Positions 28,621 to 38,904 of a stretch of 64,000 bases of DNA are shown one piece after another. This DNA comes from a virus: positions 32,001 to 96,000 of the IMG/VR virus record IMGVR_UViG_3300021142_000007; one strand, given 5' to 3'. The first letter of the stretch is position 1. Every line of letters starts with the position of its first letter. The position numbers were made by a program, and so were the translations under genes. The notes under the pieces were generated by a model, which worked only from the letters and a program-made list of their open reading frames with translations, had not been told where the DNA came from and ran no database searches.

Positions 28621-31085
28621 TTATTTTTCAGAAATGTTATCGATTCTATGCTTTGTTGATAAATCGGAACGCTCATGCCAATACAAGTCTTCAAACATCT
28701 TACGCGCGTGTTCTTCGTTATTGGCTTCGATATACATATCCGACTTATACGTTATAAGATACTTCTTCTTAGGCGGTTGAGTGTCGTCTATACACTTCTC
28801 CACCACAAGTACCCATGACCCACTAGGGTCTTCCTCTTGTGCGCTCGGATAGGCTTCAAGCACCTTTTGTATATGGTCTTCGCTTAGTACAGCACCTAAA
28901 AGACTGGCAACGTGTATAACGTCTTCTTTTTGTATGTTCATTGTTTATTGATTTATGACCACAAAGATAATACTATTTTTCGTATTTCCAAATTATTGTA
29001 ACATAATAATATAGTTATCATCAAAAAAAGCCAGTAATAAATTATAACGACATAACTTATCACACATTTCACATATATCATTATATTCTTCTGTTTCAAC
29101 CCATTCGGTTGAAAATTTTTGTTGCCAAATATTCCATATATCCGATTCTATCTTATTCACCAACGCTCTAGCCTCAGATACGGTTCTTGGAGTATTAACC
29201 GCTGAATAAAAACGCTTTTTAAAAGGATTGTTTTTTGTCATTGCTTATTGATTTATGACCACAAAGATATGGCTTATTTCCGAATTTCCAAATAAATATA
29301 TAAAAAAAAGAGAGACCCTAGGGTCTCCCATCAATCAAAACAAGTTACTTTATTCTTCGATGAACATCATCGGTTCATCCAAATGCTCGTTACATAGCTT
29401 ATCAGCATCCATGCCAATTTCATCATCAGCAACATAGTAATAGATACCTTCATCCACAGATGTTGTCTCGGCATCAGCCTTGTTGGTATGAACACCATTG
29501 ATAATCAAAGCATCATATAGCGAAGCCGTTGAAATGGTAATGGTTTCTTCTTCGTTACCACGCAATACCGTTAGAGTTCTTGTAGGGTATTCTATCCCCT
29601 TGTAGGTTATCTTATCCATTGTTTATTGATTTATGACTGCAAAGATAATTCTTATTTCCGTATTTCCAAATTTAATTTGAAAGATACTTCACACAATGCC
29701 AGTAGTCGGTTTCGGTATTTTGAGCGTTCATATCTATGTCATATATACTTACACTATCGTGGTCTTCACAGTAATGAACATCGAAGAACACATCACCTAG
29801 ATTTATAGTATACCAATAGTCGTCTTCGGGTATTTCAAGAACCTTAGTATGAACCACACCATTTGGTTTGAATTTCATCCTTATATCCAACAAACGCTTC
29901 TTCTTATCAAACCTAACATCGAAGAAATGTATCTTTTGCTTAAACTCAAAAGCCTTATCTACGATACGTCTAGGACTATCATCAGCACATATACGCTGGG
30001 TCTGCTTTTTACCACTCATGGTATACCCACGATGCGTTATTTCGTATATGCCCAATCCACGATTATGAAGGAAGTAACCTAAATCCTTGTCTCCACATAT
30101 CAACCACGTAACCGAAGATATACGGGTCAGTCCAGCTTTTTCAGCCAATTCTGTTAGTCTTGATTTTTTCATTGCTTATTGATTATGAATACAAAGATAA
30201 TGGTATTTTCCGTATTTCCAAATAATTCTATGAATTATTTTGCATTTCTTTTAACCTACCTTGAATTAACTCCTGTGCAAATTCATCCGTCTCCGCATCA
30301 ATATCTCGATACTCGACACTACCATCAGGATATATCTTAGCGATTACACGACCATCTTCGTTATCGTCAGATGTCGTCCAAGCATCAATATGAATTACTC
30401 CATCTTCAATGAAGTCGGCATGTATTTCTGTCCATTTACTCATATGATTATGAATTTAATTTATTTAAAAAACTTATAGCGTCAGTTTCACTATGGAAAG
30501 CATAACGGGTCATTTCTTTACCCCTATATGGCTTTAGACTTAGTCTATCTATCGTTTGACCCTTCTCGTTGGTTATATACCAATAAGTAGCGCAAGCTGG
30601 CAAACCACTAGGTAGTCTCTTGCTTTTGTAAGGTATGTATTGATTTGAATTTAGTGTATACATCTTATCTTAATTTAGTTGTGAAACAGCTTTCTTCTCC
30701 AATTCATCCAGTATGACATAAACCGCTACGCCACGCCTCTTAGCTTCCAATTCTAATTCCTCTATGGTTACATGAATAACCCCTTCATCCTTTACGCTCA
30801 TATGGCTATTTGTTTATGCAAAGTTAATAATTATTCCTAGACTTCCAAGTCTTTTAACAAATCAGTATCAAAATCTACTAATGGTAATTCAAAAACCTCA
30901 TTGGTTAAAGGCTCATGAACCCTTACCTTTTCAGCATACGTGTCACAATGGTCAGGAGCAATTCCAGCATTGTTAGCAGAACTTCTAATAGCATAGGCTA
31001 TATTTCTAGCTACTTCCATTACATCATTATCATCATCGATACTCGATTCAAAAGTAACCGTAACGCTAAATGTTAATTGTTTCAT
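28621..31085 (-). CDS. run of small hypothetical genes (28621-28941, 28993-29241, 29350-29619, 29672-30172, 30228-30443, 30448-30663, 30837-31085)
   Basis: ORF track; most have their own promoter. Confidence 0.6.
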
Positions 31086-31114
31086 GACCTTGTTTGTTTA
31101 TGCAAAGTTAATAA

Positions 31115-31888
31115 TTATTCCGATACTACCAAACTTTTATTGGTCTTTTTTTCAACCAAAGGCTTTGTTCGTATGGCAAAGCCACTTTCGAACGCTAGGC
31201 TATTGTTCGCACCGCGTCCTGTCATTTTCTTATACTTCAACCCACAAATAACTCCCTTTTTATCCAAAAATCTTAGGTCGTCATTGTCCGCGTTAATTAC
31301 TTCGTACCCCTCATACATACTAGGCAATTCATCAAATACCATAGCTACATTGTAACCCTTAGAAAGTATCTCCAATGCCTTGTCATGATTGGTTTCCGAC
31401 CTGCTAAAGGTCAAGTGATAGTTGCTAGGCAAAGGCTTATTAAACCTTGTATGATTCTTGGTGTAGTCATAAAATTGTACGCTAGGAAATACCTCAAAGA
31501 TATTCTTGCCATCAAATACCTTATGGCTCTCATAGGATATATCAGATGTGCCGTTCAAACGAAACGTTACAATTGTATCGTTATCGTTAGCATACTTCTT
31601 AATTGCTTTCTCGATTTCACCACGCAATTTATTCAGAAATTCAATACGATTGCTCAACCAGTATTCAGTCTTAGCAATACGTCCGTTTTTAACACTTAAA
31701 TACATACCGCCAAAACCACTGCCAGTTAAACAACTTTCAGCACAACCCTTAGACGCATACGCACATACATTCTTGCCAGTGCTGTTAAAGGTATAGGGAG
31801 ACATATATAGGATATATGTTTTATATCCAAGCTTCTCGCCTTTCATTGTTTTGGTATTGTTTGTCGTTAGTAGTGGTCTGTTATACAT
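31115..31888 (-). CDS. phage GP88-like (radical-SAM-related Fe-S) protein
   Basis: CAYASKGCAESCL, RLNGTSD, QFYDYTK, YHLTFSRSE, DDLRFLD. Confidence 0.75.
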   Translation of the reverse strand: MYNRPLLTTNNTKTMKGEKLGYKTYILYMSPYTFNSTGKNVCAYASKGCAESCLTGSGFGGMYLSVKNGRIAKTEYWLSNRIEFLNKLRGEIEKAIKKYANDNDTIVTFRLNGTSDISYESHKVFDGKNIFEVFPSVQFYDYTKNHTRFNKPLPSNYHLTFSRSETNHDKALEILSKGYNVAMVFDELPSMYEGYEVINADNDDLRFLDKKGVICGLKYKKMTGRGANNSLAFESGFAIRTKPLVEKKTNKSLVVSE

Positions 31889-32230
31889 GATTACGTGTTT
31901 TGATTATGAATGCAAAGATAAACCTTTTTTCCGTATTTCCAAATGTTTTAACAAAAAAAATGCCCTAGCGAATATTCACTAGAGCATTACCATTAAAACC
32001 AAGTCTCTTTAGTCTTCTACACCGACAAGAGTAGTGTCACTACCACTTATGGCTACATCAGGGGTATTAGGGTCATAGACCAATGATGCTACCATAGCTT
32101 CAATTAATTGGTCAGGATTAGGATGACCATCAGAAATACTTACCTCCAGCTCTGCTGTAATTTTTACTTTTTTTACCATTTGTTTTTATTTAGGATACAA
32201 ACATACAACCTTTTTTCCGTATTTCCAAAT

Positions 32231-32560
32231 TTATTTCTCATTTATTTTTTTAAGTAATGCGCTAGACACATTTGACTTATGAAGTAATTCATTTGCCCTA
32301 GCTTTGCTTTCGATACTGTGATACATACCAAGCACCGCATGAGTATCATCCTCGTTCTCGCATCCCCAACGCCATACAGCCATATCATTTGTTATCATAC
32401 AAGCTTGAACCTGTACGATATTTCTTCTTTCAGGGGTCTCTGTTATATAGAACGATAACGAAAATATTTCACCCGTAGAAGCAAATACTTGATTTCCTTC
32501 GGCGCGAACCCAATTAAACCCATCACGAATATTTCTTAGATTAATTAACAGCTTTTCCAT
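32231..32560 (-). CDS. hypothetical early protein
   Basis: ORF with own promoter. Confidence 0.65.
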   Translation of the reverse strand: MEKLLINLRNIRDGFNWVRAEGNQVFASTGEIFSLSFYITETPERRNIVQVQACMITNDMAVWRWGCENEDDTHAVLGMYHSIESKARANELLHKSNVSSALLKKINEK

Positions 32561-32689
32561 TTGTTTATTCTTTATTGATTAATGATACAAAGATAAACCT
32601 TTTTTCCGTATTTCCAAACCCCCAGAAAATAAATTTATTTTTAACACATAAAAGTTTGGTACTTCCAATTTAATTCCTATCTTTGTTAT

Positions 32690-32742
32690 GTCATTCAGAC
32701 GGTCAAACAGAGAGACACTGTGGGGAAGTATACTCCGTCACG
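32690..32742 (+). ncRNA. candidate structured small RNA, copy E (divergent)
   Basis: After TATCTTTG (32678-32685); GTCATTCAGACGG...ACAG/CTGT...GTATACTCCGTCACG. Confidence 0.5.
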
Positions 32743-33094
32743 CTTTAACATCAAGTGTTAAAATTTGTTAAAAGCTTGCTGGACTAATTTATTTTATATA
32801 CCTTCGCACCACTCAAATAATTTAATAGTGTCTAATAAATAGGACATAAAAAAGTTATTGAATTGTTTGGTAGTATCAAAAAAGTTACTTACCTTTGTAC
32901 TCTGAAACGCAAGTATTGCAAATTACGAAAACTAAATATTATGAAATCTTAACACATAACATACTGGTCATTCTGACACCTGCTAAATAAGCGGATGTGT
33001 CCACCCTATTCTATCATACCATAAGTATGATGGGATGGGGAACTCGTGTTTATGTTCTATTGACTTTTGTGCTATATAGCACATATTTATAGTC

Positions 33095-33514
33095 ATGAAA
33101 TATAACTTAAAAAAGAAATATCAAATTGCCTTAAGGCGTTTGTATACAACAACACTACCATGCAAATATATTAGAAGCATTGTAGGTATAGACCGAGAAG
33201 GGTTCATAGAACACATTAACAAATATCGTCTTTCTGGTATGACCGATGAAAATTTTGGTAGTGTCTGGGGAATAGACCATATTGTACCTGTAGATGTGTT
33301 TGACCTAAACAATGAAGCAGACTTACATCTCTGTTACAACTACAATAACCTAATGCCTATGTTCACTGAAGATAATAGAATCAAAGGCGCATCACTACAC
33401 TTCAGCTTAGTTAAGCTAGACACCATGTACACAAATGTGTATACTCAGTTGTTAAAAGATAGGGCCAGAACAGAAATATCTAAGATATATGACAAGTATT
33501 TAATACATTTATAA
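33095..33514 (+). CDS. HNH-like nuclease related to 17954..18739
   Basis: WGIDHIVP...YNYNNLMPM...NRIKG. Confidence 0.7.
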   Translation: MKYNLKKKYQIALRRLYTTTLPCKYIRSIVGIDREGFIEHINKYRLSGMTDENFGSVWGIDHIVPVDVFDLNNEADLHLCYNYNNLMPMFTEDNRIKGASLHFSLVKLDTMYTNVYTQLLKDRARTEISKIYDKYLIHL

Positions 33515-33530
33515 AATGTGCATAAGGGCA

Positions 33531-33760
33531 ACGTCCACGTGGAACACTTAAAAATTTCTAGCCGAAAATCACTAGAGACTTCGAAGATAGCATAGAGTTA
33601 AATGACTTTTTAATGACTTTTTAATAGGGTTCAGTGACCTCTATATCAAGTCTAAAATAGTATGAAAAGTGTATGAAAAGTGTCATACTTATTTTTTCAT
33701 ACTGCTTATCAGGTAGTTTTCCTGTTTTTTACCACTTTTTTCCATTTTTTACCACTTTTT
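33531..33760. repeat. non-coding cluster of short repeats with a parS-like site
   Basis: (AATGACTTTTT)x2, (GTATGAAAAGT)x2, TTTTTACCACTTTTT x2; ACGTCCACGTGGAACA at 33531-33546. Confidence 0.6.
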
Positions 33761-33840
33761 CCCAGAAAAAGCCAAACGTGCTCGTCTGGGTACAAAAAGG
33801 GGCTTATAACGCTGGCTATGTACACAAATGTGTACATTGT

Positions 33841-34098
33841 TTATATTTGGTGGGTCATAGTACTAGGGTATCCACCTGTTCCGTCACCAAGTCCGCATGA
33901 TGAGTATCTTTTTATTCTTGGTATGAATGCTCGTCCATGTCCAATTCCGCTTCCAGTGCCACATCCATCTCCAAAGCAGTAGCAAGTCTTTCTTGGTCCT
34001 CCTTGTCCAGAGCTACGTCCGAAACCTATACCTTCGTTAATATATCGTCCCATTCTTACGATACAATCCTTATTATGTCCATATGAAAATACTTGCAT
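33841..34098 (-). CDS. Gly-rich paralog 1
   Basis: Leader MQVFSYGHNKD + (G-x)n. Confidence 0.75.
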   Translation of the reverse strand: MQVFSYGHNKDCIVRMGRYINEGIGFGRSSGQGGPRKTCYCFGDGCGTGSGIGHGRAFIPRIKRYSSCGLGDGTGGYPSTMTHQI

Positions 34099-34105
34099 AG
34101 GCTTA

Positions 34106-34360
34106 TTATCTATGTTTTATTATGCCTTTAAAAGCACCATCTCCATGACCTCTTCCACGTCCATCGCCATTGCCATATCCATCAGCACGGCCAGAGCCAG
34201 AGCCACGACCATAACCATTGCCAGAGCCATCGCCTTTACCATTACCAATTCCCCATCCGCTTCCATTTCCATTACAAATCACATATTGATTAATCATATA
34301 ATAGCTATTATCTGAATTAAGCCCAGTATCCCTGTTCTTTCCGTATGACTTAATTTCCAT
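34106..34360 (-). CDS. Gly-rich paralog 2
   Basis: Leader MEIKSYGKNRD + (G-x)n. Confidence 0.8.
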   Translation of the reverse strand: MEIKSYGKNRDTGLNSDNSYYMINQYVICNGNGSGWGIGNGKGDGSGNGYGRGSGSGRADGYGNGDGRGRGHGDGAFKGIIKHR

Positions 34361-34365
34361 ATATC

Positions 34366-34632
34366 TTATCCTTTACCATTACCAAATCCATAACCACAAT
34401 AAAAACTAAACCATCCGTTTCCATTACCCCAGCCATCTCCATTTCCACATCCATTTCCTTTCCCACCTCCTTTATCGCCTCCCCATCCACCACCATTATT
34501 AAATGCAATGCCGTTTCCCATACCCTTGCCATATCCATTGCCATATCCATCAGCACGGCCTGAACCATTTGATTGGTAGTCATCGATGCTATTTAATTCG
34601 TCTGGGTTCTTTCCGTATGATAGTATTTCCAT
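34366..34632 (-). CDS. Gly-rich paralog 3
   Basis: Leader MEILSYGKNPD; ATG 34632. Confidence 0.8.
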   Translation of the reverse strand: MEILSYGKNPDELNSIDDYQSNGSGRADGYGNGYGKGMGNGIAFNNGGGWGGDKGGGKGNGCGNGDGWGNGNGWFSFYCGYGFGNGKG

Positions 34633-34637
34633 ATATC

Positions 34638-34892
34638 TTATCCTTTTCCATATTCCCAACCATAACCTGCACCATTACCATATCCATTACCCCAGCCACT
34701 GCCATCACCAAAGCCATTGCCAGAAGCATGGTTATCTTTTTGGCCTCGGCCAAATCCACTACCAGTGCCACTGCCATCGCCACTGCCCCAGCAATTGCTA
34801 TAGGTTTTACCAGAGCCAGAGCCAGAGCCAGTTCCCCATGTTCCATTACCCCACTTGGTATCTTCGTTCTTACCGTATGACCTTATTTCCAT
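34638..34892 (-). CDS. Gly-rich paralog 4
   Basis: Leader MEIRSYGKNED. Confidence 0.8.
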   Translation of the reverse strand: MEIRSYGKNEDTKWGNGTWGTGSGSGSGKTYSNCWGSGDGSGTGSGFGRGQKDNHASGNGFGDGSGWGNGYGNGAGYGWEYGKG

Positions 34893-34903
34893 ATCTTATT
34901 TAC

Positions 34904-35107
34904 CTATTCGTCAATATATCCATTTCCATCACCAGTACCGCCACCCCATCCATAACCGCTACCATCGCCCCATCCAGAGCCACGACCTTCACCCCAGCCA
35001 CGTCCATTACCCATGCCAAAACAGATTCCAGAGCCACTGCCCTCGCCATTGGTATTGCCATTACCATATATTATATCTTGATTTTTTCCGTATGATAGTA
35101 TTTCCAT
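34904..35107 (-). CDS. Gly-rich paralog 5
   Basis: Leader MEILSYGKNQD. Confidence 0.8.
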   Translation of the reverse strand: MEILSYGKNQDIIYGNGNTNGEGSGSGICFGMGNGRGWGEGRGSGWGDGSGYGWGGGTGDGNGYIDE

Positions 35108-35112
35108 ATTCT

Positions 35113-35400
35113 TTATTCTTTGCTTGTTCTATCACCTTTACCAGAACCACTTCCCCAGCCAATACCAGAACCATAGCCATAGCCCGTGCCAGTGCCATCA
35201 CCAAATCCATTTCCATCACCCCATACATTACCAAGGCCAATAGCATTACCATCGCCAGAGCCATCACCAAAGCCATTGCCACTACCCATTCCCCAGCACC
35301 AGCCATGGCTAGAACCAGAGCGATAGCCAGAACCATAACCAGAGCCAGAGCCTTTGCCCTCTCTTATATCTTCGTTATGTCCGTATGATGTTATTTCCAT
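35113..35400 (-). CDS. Gly-rich paralog 6
   Basis: Leader MEITSYGHNED. Confidence 0.8.
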   Translation of the reverse strand: MEITSYGHNEDIREGKGSGSGYGSGYRSGSSHGWCWGMGSGNGFGDGSGDGNAIGLGNVWGDGNGFGDGTGTGYGYGSGIGWGSGSGKGDRTSKE

Positions 35401-35405
35401 ATTCT

Positions 35406-35657
35406 TTATCCATTTCCATTACCCTCGCCACCTCCATCTCCTCTGCCAAATGAAACGCAAGTTCGGCTTCTATCCTTACCAGCACCGCTACCCCATCCAC
35501 TTGCATCATCATATCCATGACCGCTACCACTGGCATTAGCGTTACCGCCACCATAGCCCTCGCCGCCACTAAAACCTATACCATCACCACTTCCGTAGCA
35601 ATAGGTTATTCCATCGTATACAGCGTCTTTATACTTTCCGTATGAGAATACTTGCAT
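35406..35657 (-). CDS. Gly-rich paralog 7
   Basis: Leader MQVFSYGKYKD. Confidence 0.8.
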   Translation of the reverse strand: MQVFSYGKYKDAVYDGITYCYGSGDGIGFSGGEGYGGGNANASGSGHGYDDASGWGSGAGKDRSRTCVSFGRGDGGGEGNGNG

Positions 35658-35660
35658 ATG

Positions 35661-35906
35661 CTAGAAGTTATCGATTAATTTCTTTATTTCTTGGATATCA
35701 TGGTTAAGCGGTTCCAGTTGTTTAAGGACCACTATTCTGCCATCTGACCATTCTTGAACAACTTGTCTTTGTTCGTTCATATAAACGATTGGTCGGCCAT
35801 TGGAGAAGGCTTCTTGTCTGATTTTTTCGGACATGTCTTTTCCAAGTTCTGAAAAGAATTCACGTATCTTTTCAGGGCTTTCATCTTCTATTTGGTCTAG
35901 GGTCAT
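35661..35906 (-). CDS. hypothetical protein
   Basis: ORF coupled to neighbours. Confidence 0.6.
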   Translation of the reverse strand: MTLDQIEDESPEKIREFFSELGKDMSEKIRQEAFSNGRPIVYMNEQRQVVQEWSDGRIVVLKQLEPLNHDIQEIKKLIDNF

Positions 35907-36286
35907 ATCTTGCTTATGTTTTTTGCAGCTTCTTTGAGTTCTTCTAGGGTGAAAAGACCAAGCATGTTAATCCTAGTGTTTAGGTCAGCTTCTGAGGTTT
36001 CCATAGCAATTTCATCATGAATATATTGCAAGATTTGCCATTGACGTGTTGTTAGTATTCCACGACTCTCTGGTTTAAGTATGATGTCAGTGTCAACATC
36101 AATAAGGTGGGTAATAGCCTTGTTGCTTAACTTATACTTATCTGGTTCTAATAGGTTCTTACCAGCCACGCACATCTTGCCATCATCTGTAAGGTATTGA
36201 CACTTAGTGCCATCGAAGCCACAGGTTGATGGGTTAGCGTAGTATGGTGCTATTTGTTCCAGTGCGAAGTCTTTCGGTGATTTCAT
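35903..36286 (-). CDS. hypothetical protein
   Basis: CQYLTDDGKMCVAG...LQYIHD. Confidence 0.65.
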   Translation of the reverse strand: MKSPKDFALEQIAPYYANPSTCGFDGTKCQYLTDDGKMCVAGKNLLEPDKYKLSNKAITHLIDVDTDIILKPESRGILTTRQWQILQYIHDEIAMETSEADLNTRINMLGLFTLEELKEAAKNISKI

Positions 36287-36319
36287 ATTATTTGATTTAG
36301 GATACAAAGATATGAAATA

Positions 36320-36559
36320 CTATTGAGAATTCCAAGCAATTCTAATTATTTCTTCTTTTTCGGTATATGCTTGTCCATTTCCGTTACCTTCTACTAAGCC
36401 AAATCCTCTACCATAACCAGAGGAATAACCATTACCAGACCCATTTACTCTTCCATAACCCCATCCATATCCAATACCACTACCCATACCATCACCTAGA
36501 CCACGACAACTAAATGAATTAGCGATATCATCGTTCTCACCGTATGAATTAATTTCCAT
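36320..36559 (-). CDS. Gly-rich paralog 8
   Basis: Leader MEINSYGENDD; ATG 36559. Confidence 0.8.
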   Translation of the reverse strand: MEINSYGENDDIANSFSCRGLGDGMGSGIGYGWGYGRVNGSGNGYSSGYGRGFGLVEGNGNGQAYTEKEEIIRIAWNSQ

Positions 36560-36560
36560 G

Positions 36561-36797
36561 CTAGTATTTATATTTACTTGCGGTACCACAACCATCACCA
36601 TCTCCAGACCCATCTCCACCACCGCACCCATACCCAGTGCCTTTACCAAGACCCCATCCATCACCAGTGCCTTGTGAAGGAGAATAACCATATAGGTTTC
36701 CTTTTCCAGAACCCTTACCAGCCGAGTATGCTATCGCCATAAACCTACCAAGGATATATAAAGAATCTGGATATCTTCCGCATGAATTAATTTCCAT
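36561..36797 (-). CDS. Gly-rich paralog 9
   Basis: Leader MEINSCGRYPD. Confidence 0.8.
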   Translation of the reverse strand: MEINSCGRYPDSLYILGRFMAIAYSAGKGSGKGNLYGYSPSQGTGDGWGLGKGTGYGCGGGDGSGDGDGCGTASKYKY

Positions 36798-36798
36798 A

Positions 36799-37443
36799 CT
36801 AATAGTTATTTAAAAATTCTTGAGCACTAGGTGTGTTATTTGGACCCTTAAGAATGCATTGTCCTTCATATATCAGCAATAGCTTAAGAACTTCTTCTCT
36901 TGTGAATGTGTCTTTACCTTTCTTAATAGTGATAGTGTTATCTTTAAGGTTTACTTTAAGGACTTCTTTTTCTTCTTCAATTTCCCTCATATTATCTTTA
37001 TGATAATTAGCACCTCTTTCTCCCCATTTATTTATTCCGATATAACAAATTGTATATTCAACCATCACCTCTGTAATAGGAGTATTTTTGTTATACATCT
37101 CTACATACTTAAGAATAAAGTCTTCAGAGGGAGAAGGAAGTCCAAGAGATGTGTCGGTAGAGGCTATGATTTTTTTTGTAGCACTACTATAGCTATTTGC
37201 CCAATCTAAAACATCTTTAGTATACATTCTCTTTAGAGTTTTACCGTCTCCTAATACTACATAGTCTCCTTCTTTTATTTCATCATCTGAAAGGATATAT
37301 AGATGTTGATTTACATAGGTGTAATTACCAATTGTTTGCTTCTTAAATTGATTTTTATAAATCAAATCTTTATTTTTATAAAGGTAGATGCGGCTTTCAT
37401 TTTCAGTAGAAAGCATGATTACTTTATGTGTTTTAAATTTCAT
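36799..37443 (-). CDS. conserved phage hypothetical protein
   Basis: QHLYILSDDEIKEGD...KKIIASTD motifs. Confidence 0.7.
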   Translation of the reverse strand: MKFKTHKVIMLSTENESRIYLYKNKDLIYKNQFKKQTIGNYTYVNQHLYILSDDEIKEGDYVVLGDGKTLKRMYTKDVLDWANSYSSATKKIIASTDTSLGLPSPSEDFILKYVEMYNKNTPITEVMVEYTICYIGINKWGERGANYHKDNMREIEEEKEVLKVNLKDNTITIKKGKDTFTREEVLKLLLIYEGQCILKGPNNTPSAQEFLNNY

Positions 37444-37503
37444 ATCTTGATATTTAGGTCACGAAGGTAATAAAAAGTATTGATATAACCAAACTTATTG
37501 GTA

Positions 37504-37728
37504 TTATTTTCCTTTACAACTTCCTTTACCTATTCCCCAACAAATACCTCTGCCTTTTCCAAGACCTGCTCCATCTCCTGTTCCAGCACCTCTGCCATAT
37601 CCATTGCCATTTGCTGCGGCATTTCCAATCCCATAACCATATCCATAACCACCCATATTGGCATATCCAGAACCAGAACCACGGCCCCAAACTATATCTT
37701 TATTCTTTCCATATGAATTAATTTCCAT
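37504..37728 (-). CDS. Gly-rich paralog 10
   Basis: Leader MEINSYGKNKD; ATG 37728. Confidence 0.8.
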   Translation of the reverse strand: MEINSYGKNKDIVWGRGSGSGYANMGGYGYGYGIGNAAANGNGYGRGAGTGDGAGLGKGRGICWGIGKGSCKGK

Positions 37729-37732
37729 ATTT

Positions 37733-37978
37733 CTATCCATTTTCGTTTTCATAACCACTACCATCACCAACACCAGAGCTGTTACCATTTCCATCTCCAA
37801 ATCCGTCACCAGATAGTATTAGCGTTGAAATACCATCACCACTTCCCCATCCATATCCAGCAGAACGACCATCCCCATATCCAATACCTCTTCCATCGCC
37901 AATGCCATGACCATCTGAGCGTTTAAGTACCCAACTTGAATCGGTATCTTCGTTCTTTCCGTATGAGAATACTTCCAT
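37733..37978 (-). CDS. Gly-rich paralog 11
   Basis: Leader MEVFSYGKNED. Confidence 0.8.
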   Translation of the reverse strand: MEVFSYGKNEDTDSSWVLKRSDGHGIGDGRGIGYGDGRSAGYGWGSGDGISTLILSGDGFGDGNGNSSGVGDGSGYENENG

Positions 37979-37983
37979 ATATC

Positions 37984-38223
37984 TTAACCCTCTCCTTTTC
38001 CATCACCGCTACCATCAGAAACTCCATAGCATAATCCCCAGCCACTACCAGTTCCTCTACCACTTCCGTTTCCGTGTGACCAATTTGTTAATTTACCATT
38101 AAAGCTTCCAGCACCAGAAACACCATTGGCATCATATGCACAACCATTGCCATCGCCATCACCACTTGCCTTTCCGCAACCCCATTTGGTATCTTTATTC
38201 TTTCCGTATGATAGTATTTCCAT
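37984..38223 (-). CDS. Gly-rich paralog 12
   Basis: Leader MEILSYGKNKD. Confidence 0.8.
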   Translation of the reverse strand: MEILSYGKNKDTKWGCGKASGDGDGNGCAYDANGVSGAGSFNGKLTNWSHGNGSGRGTGSGWGLCYGVSDGSGDGKGEG

Positions 38224-38226
38224 ATA

Positions 38227-38457
38227 TTATTTACCTGTTCCGTCACCAAATCCATTACCGTTTCCATATCCGCTAGACATGCAAAAACTCTCATATACGA
38301 TATATCCATAACCCATGCTTGTTCCATCACCACGACCATTGCCACAAGCGTCACTATAATCAAGACGTATTCCATGCATAGTTCGATATACCCCTCTGAA
38401 GTATTGTGGGTCGCTTCTATGTATATCTGGATTCCTACCGTATGAATTTATTTGCAT
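38227..38457 (-). CDS. Gly-rich paralog 13
   Basis: Leader MQINSYGRNPD; ATG 38457. Confidence 0.75.
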   Translation of the reverse strand: MQINSYGRNPDIHRSDPQYFRGVYRTMHGIRLDYSDACGNGRGDGTSMGYGYIVYESFCMSSGYGNGNGFGDGTGK

Positions 38458-38458
38458 A

Positions 38459-38716
38459 TTAGTACTCCCACATAGATACATAACCAAATCCAGTACCATT
38501 TCTAGTTCCACCGCCACTTCCAAATCCATCTCCGTTTCCACTTCCACCGCTACTTCCACAACCATTACCAGTACCCCATCCATCACCGCCACCGCAGCTA
38601 TTACCGTAACCATTACCAGAGCCATAAGAATAACCATCAGAGCCACCATAGCCACCATAGCCAGTGCCAAAACCAAACTTGGTATCTTGATTCATACCAT
38701 ACGAAAATATAGTCAT
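38459..38716 (-). CDS. Gly-rich paralog 14
   Basis: Leader MTIFSYGMNQD. Confidence 0.8.
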   Translation of the reverse strand: MTIFSYGMNQDTKFGFGTGYGGYGGSDGYSYGSGNGYGNSCGGGDGWGTGNGCGSSGGSGNGDGFGSGGGTRNGTGFGYVSMWEY

Positions 38717-38904
38717 ATATTAGTCTTTGCTGGTTTTAAAATCGATATAGAATATTATAAGACATGTTGCACATGCTATTTCTAGTCCTATATCGTTATT
38801 AGTTGCTGTTATACCAGTACCAACTGCTAGTATAATCATAGGTATAATAAGTAGTTTTTTCATTTAAGCTTTTTTGAGTTAATACAAAGGTAACAATAAT
38901 TTTT

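Noticed and set aside
33673-33982. Plus-strand ORFs 33673..33900 and 33680..33982
   Set aside because: They span non-coding repeats and the antisense of a Gly-rich gene; composition is implausible
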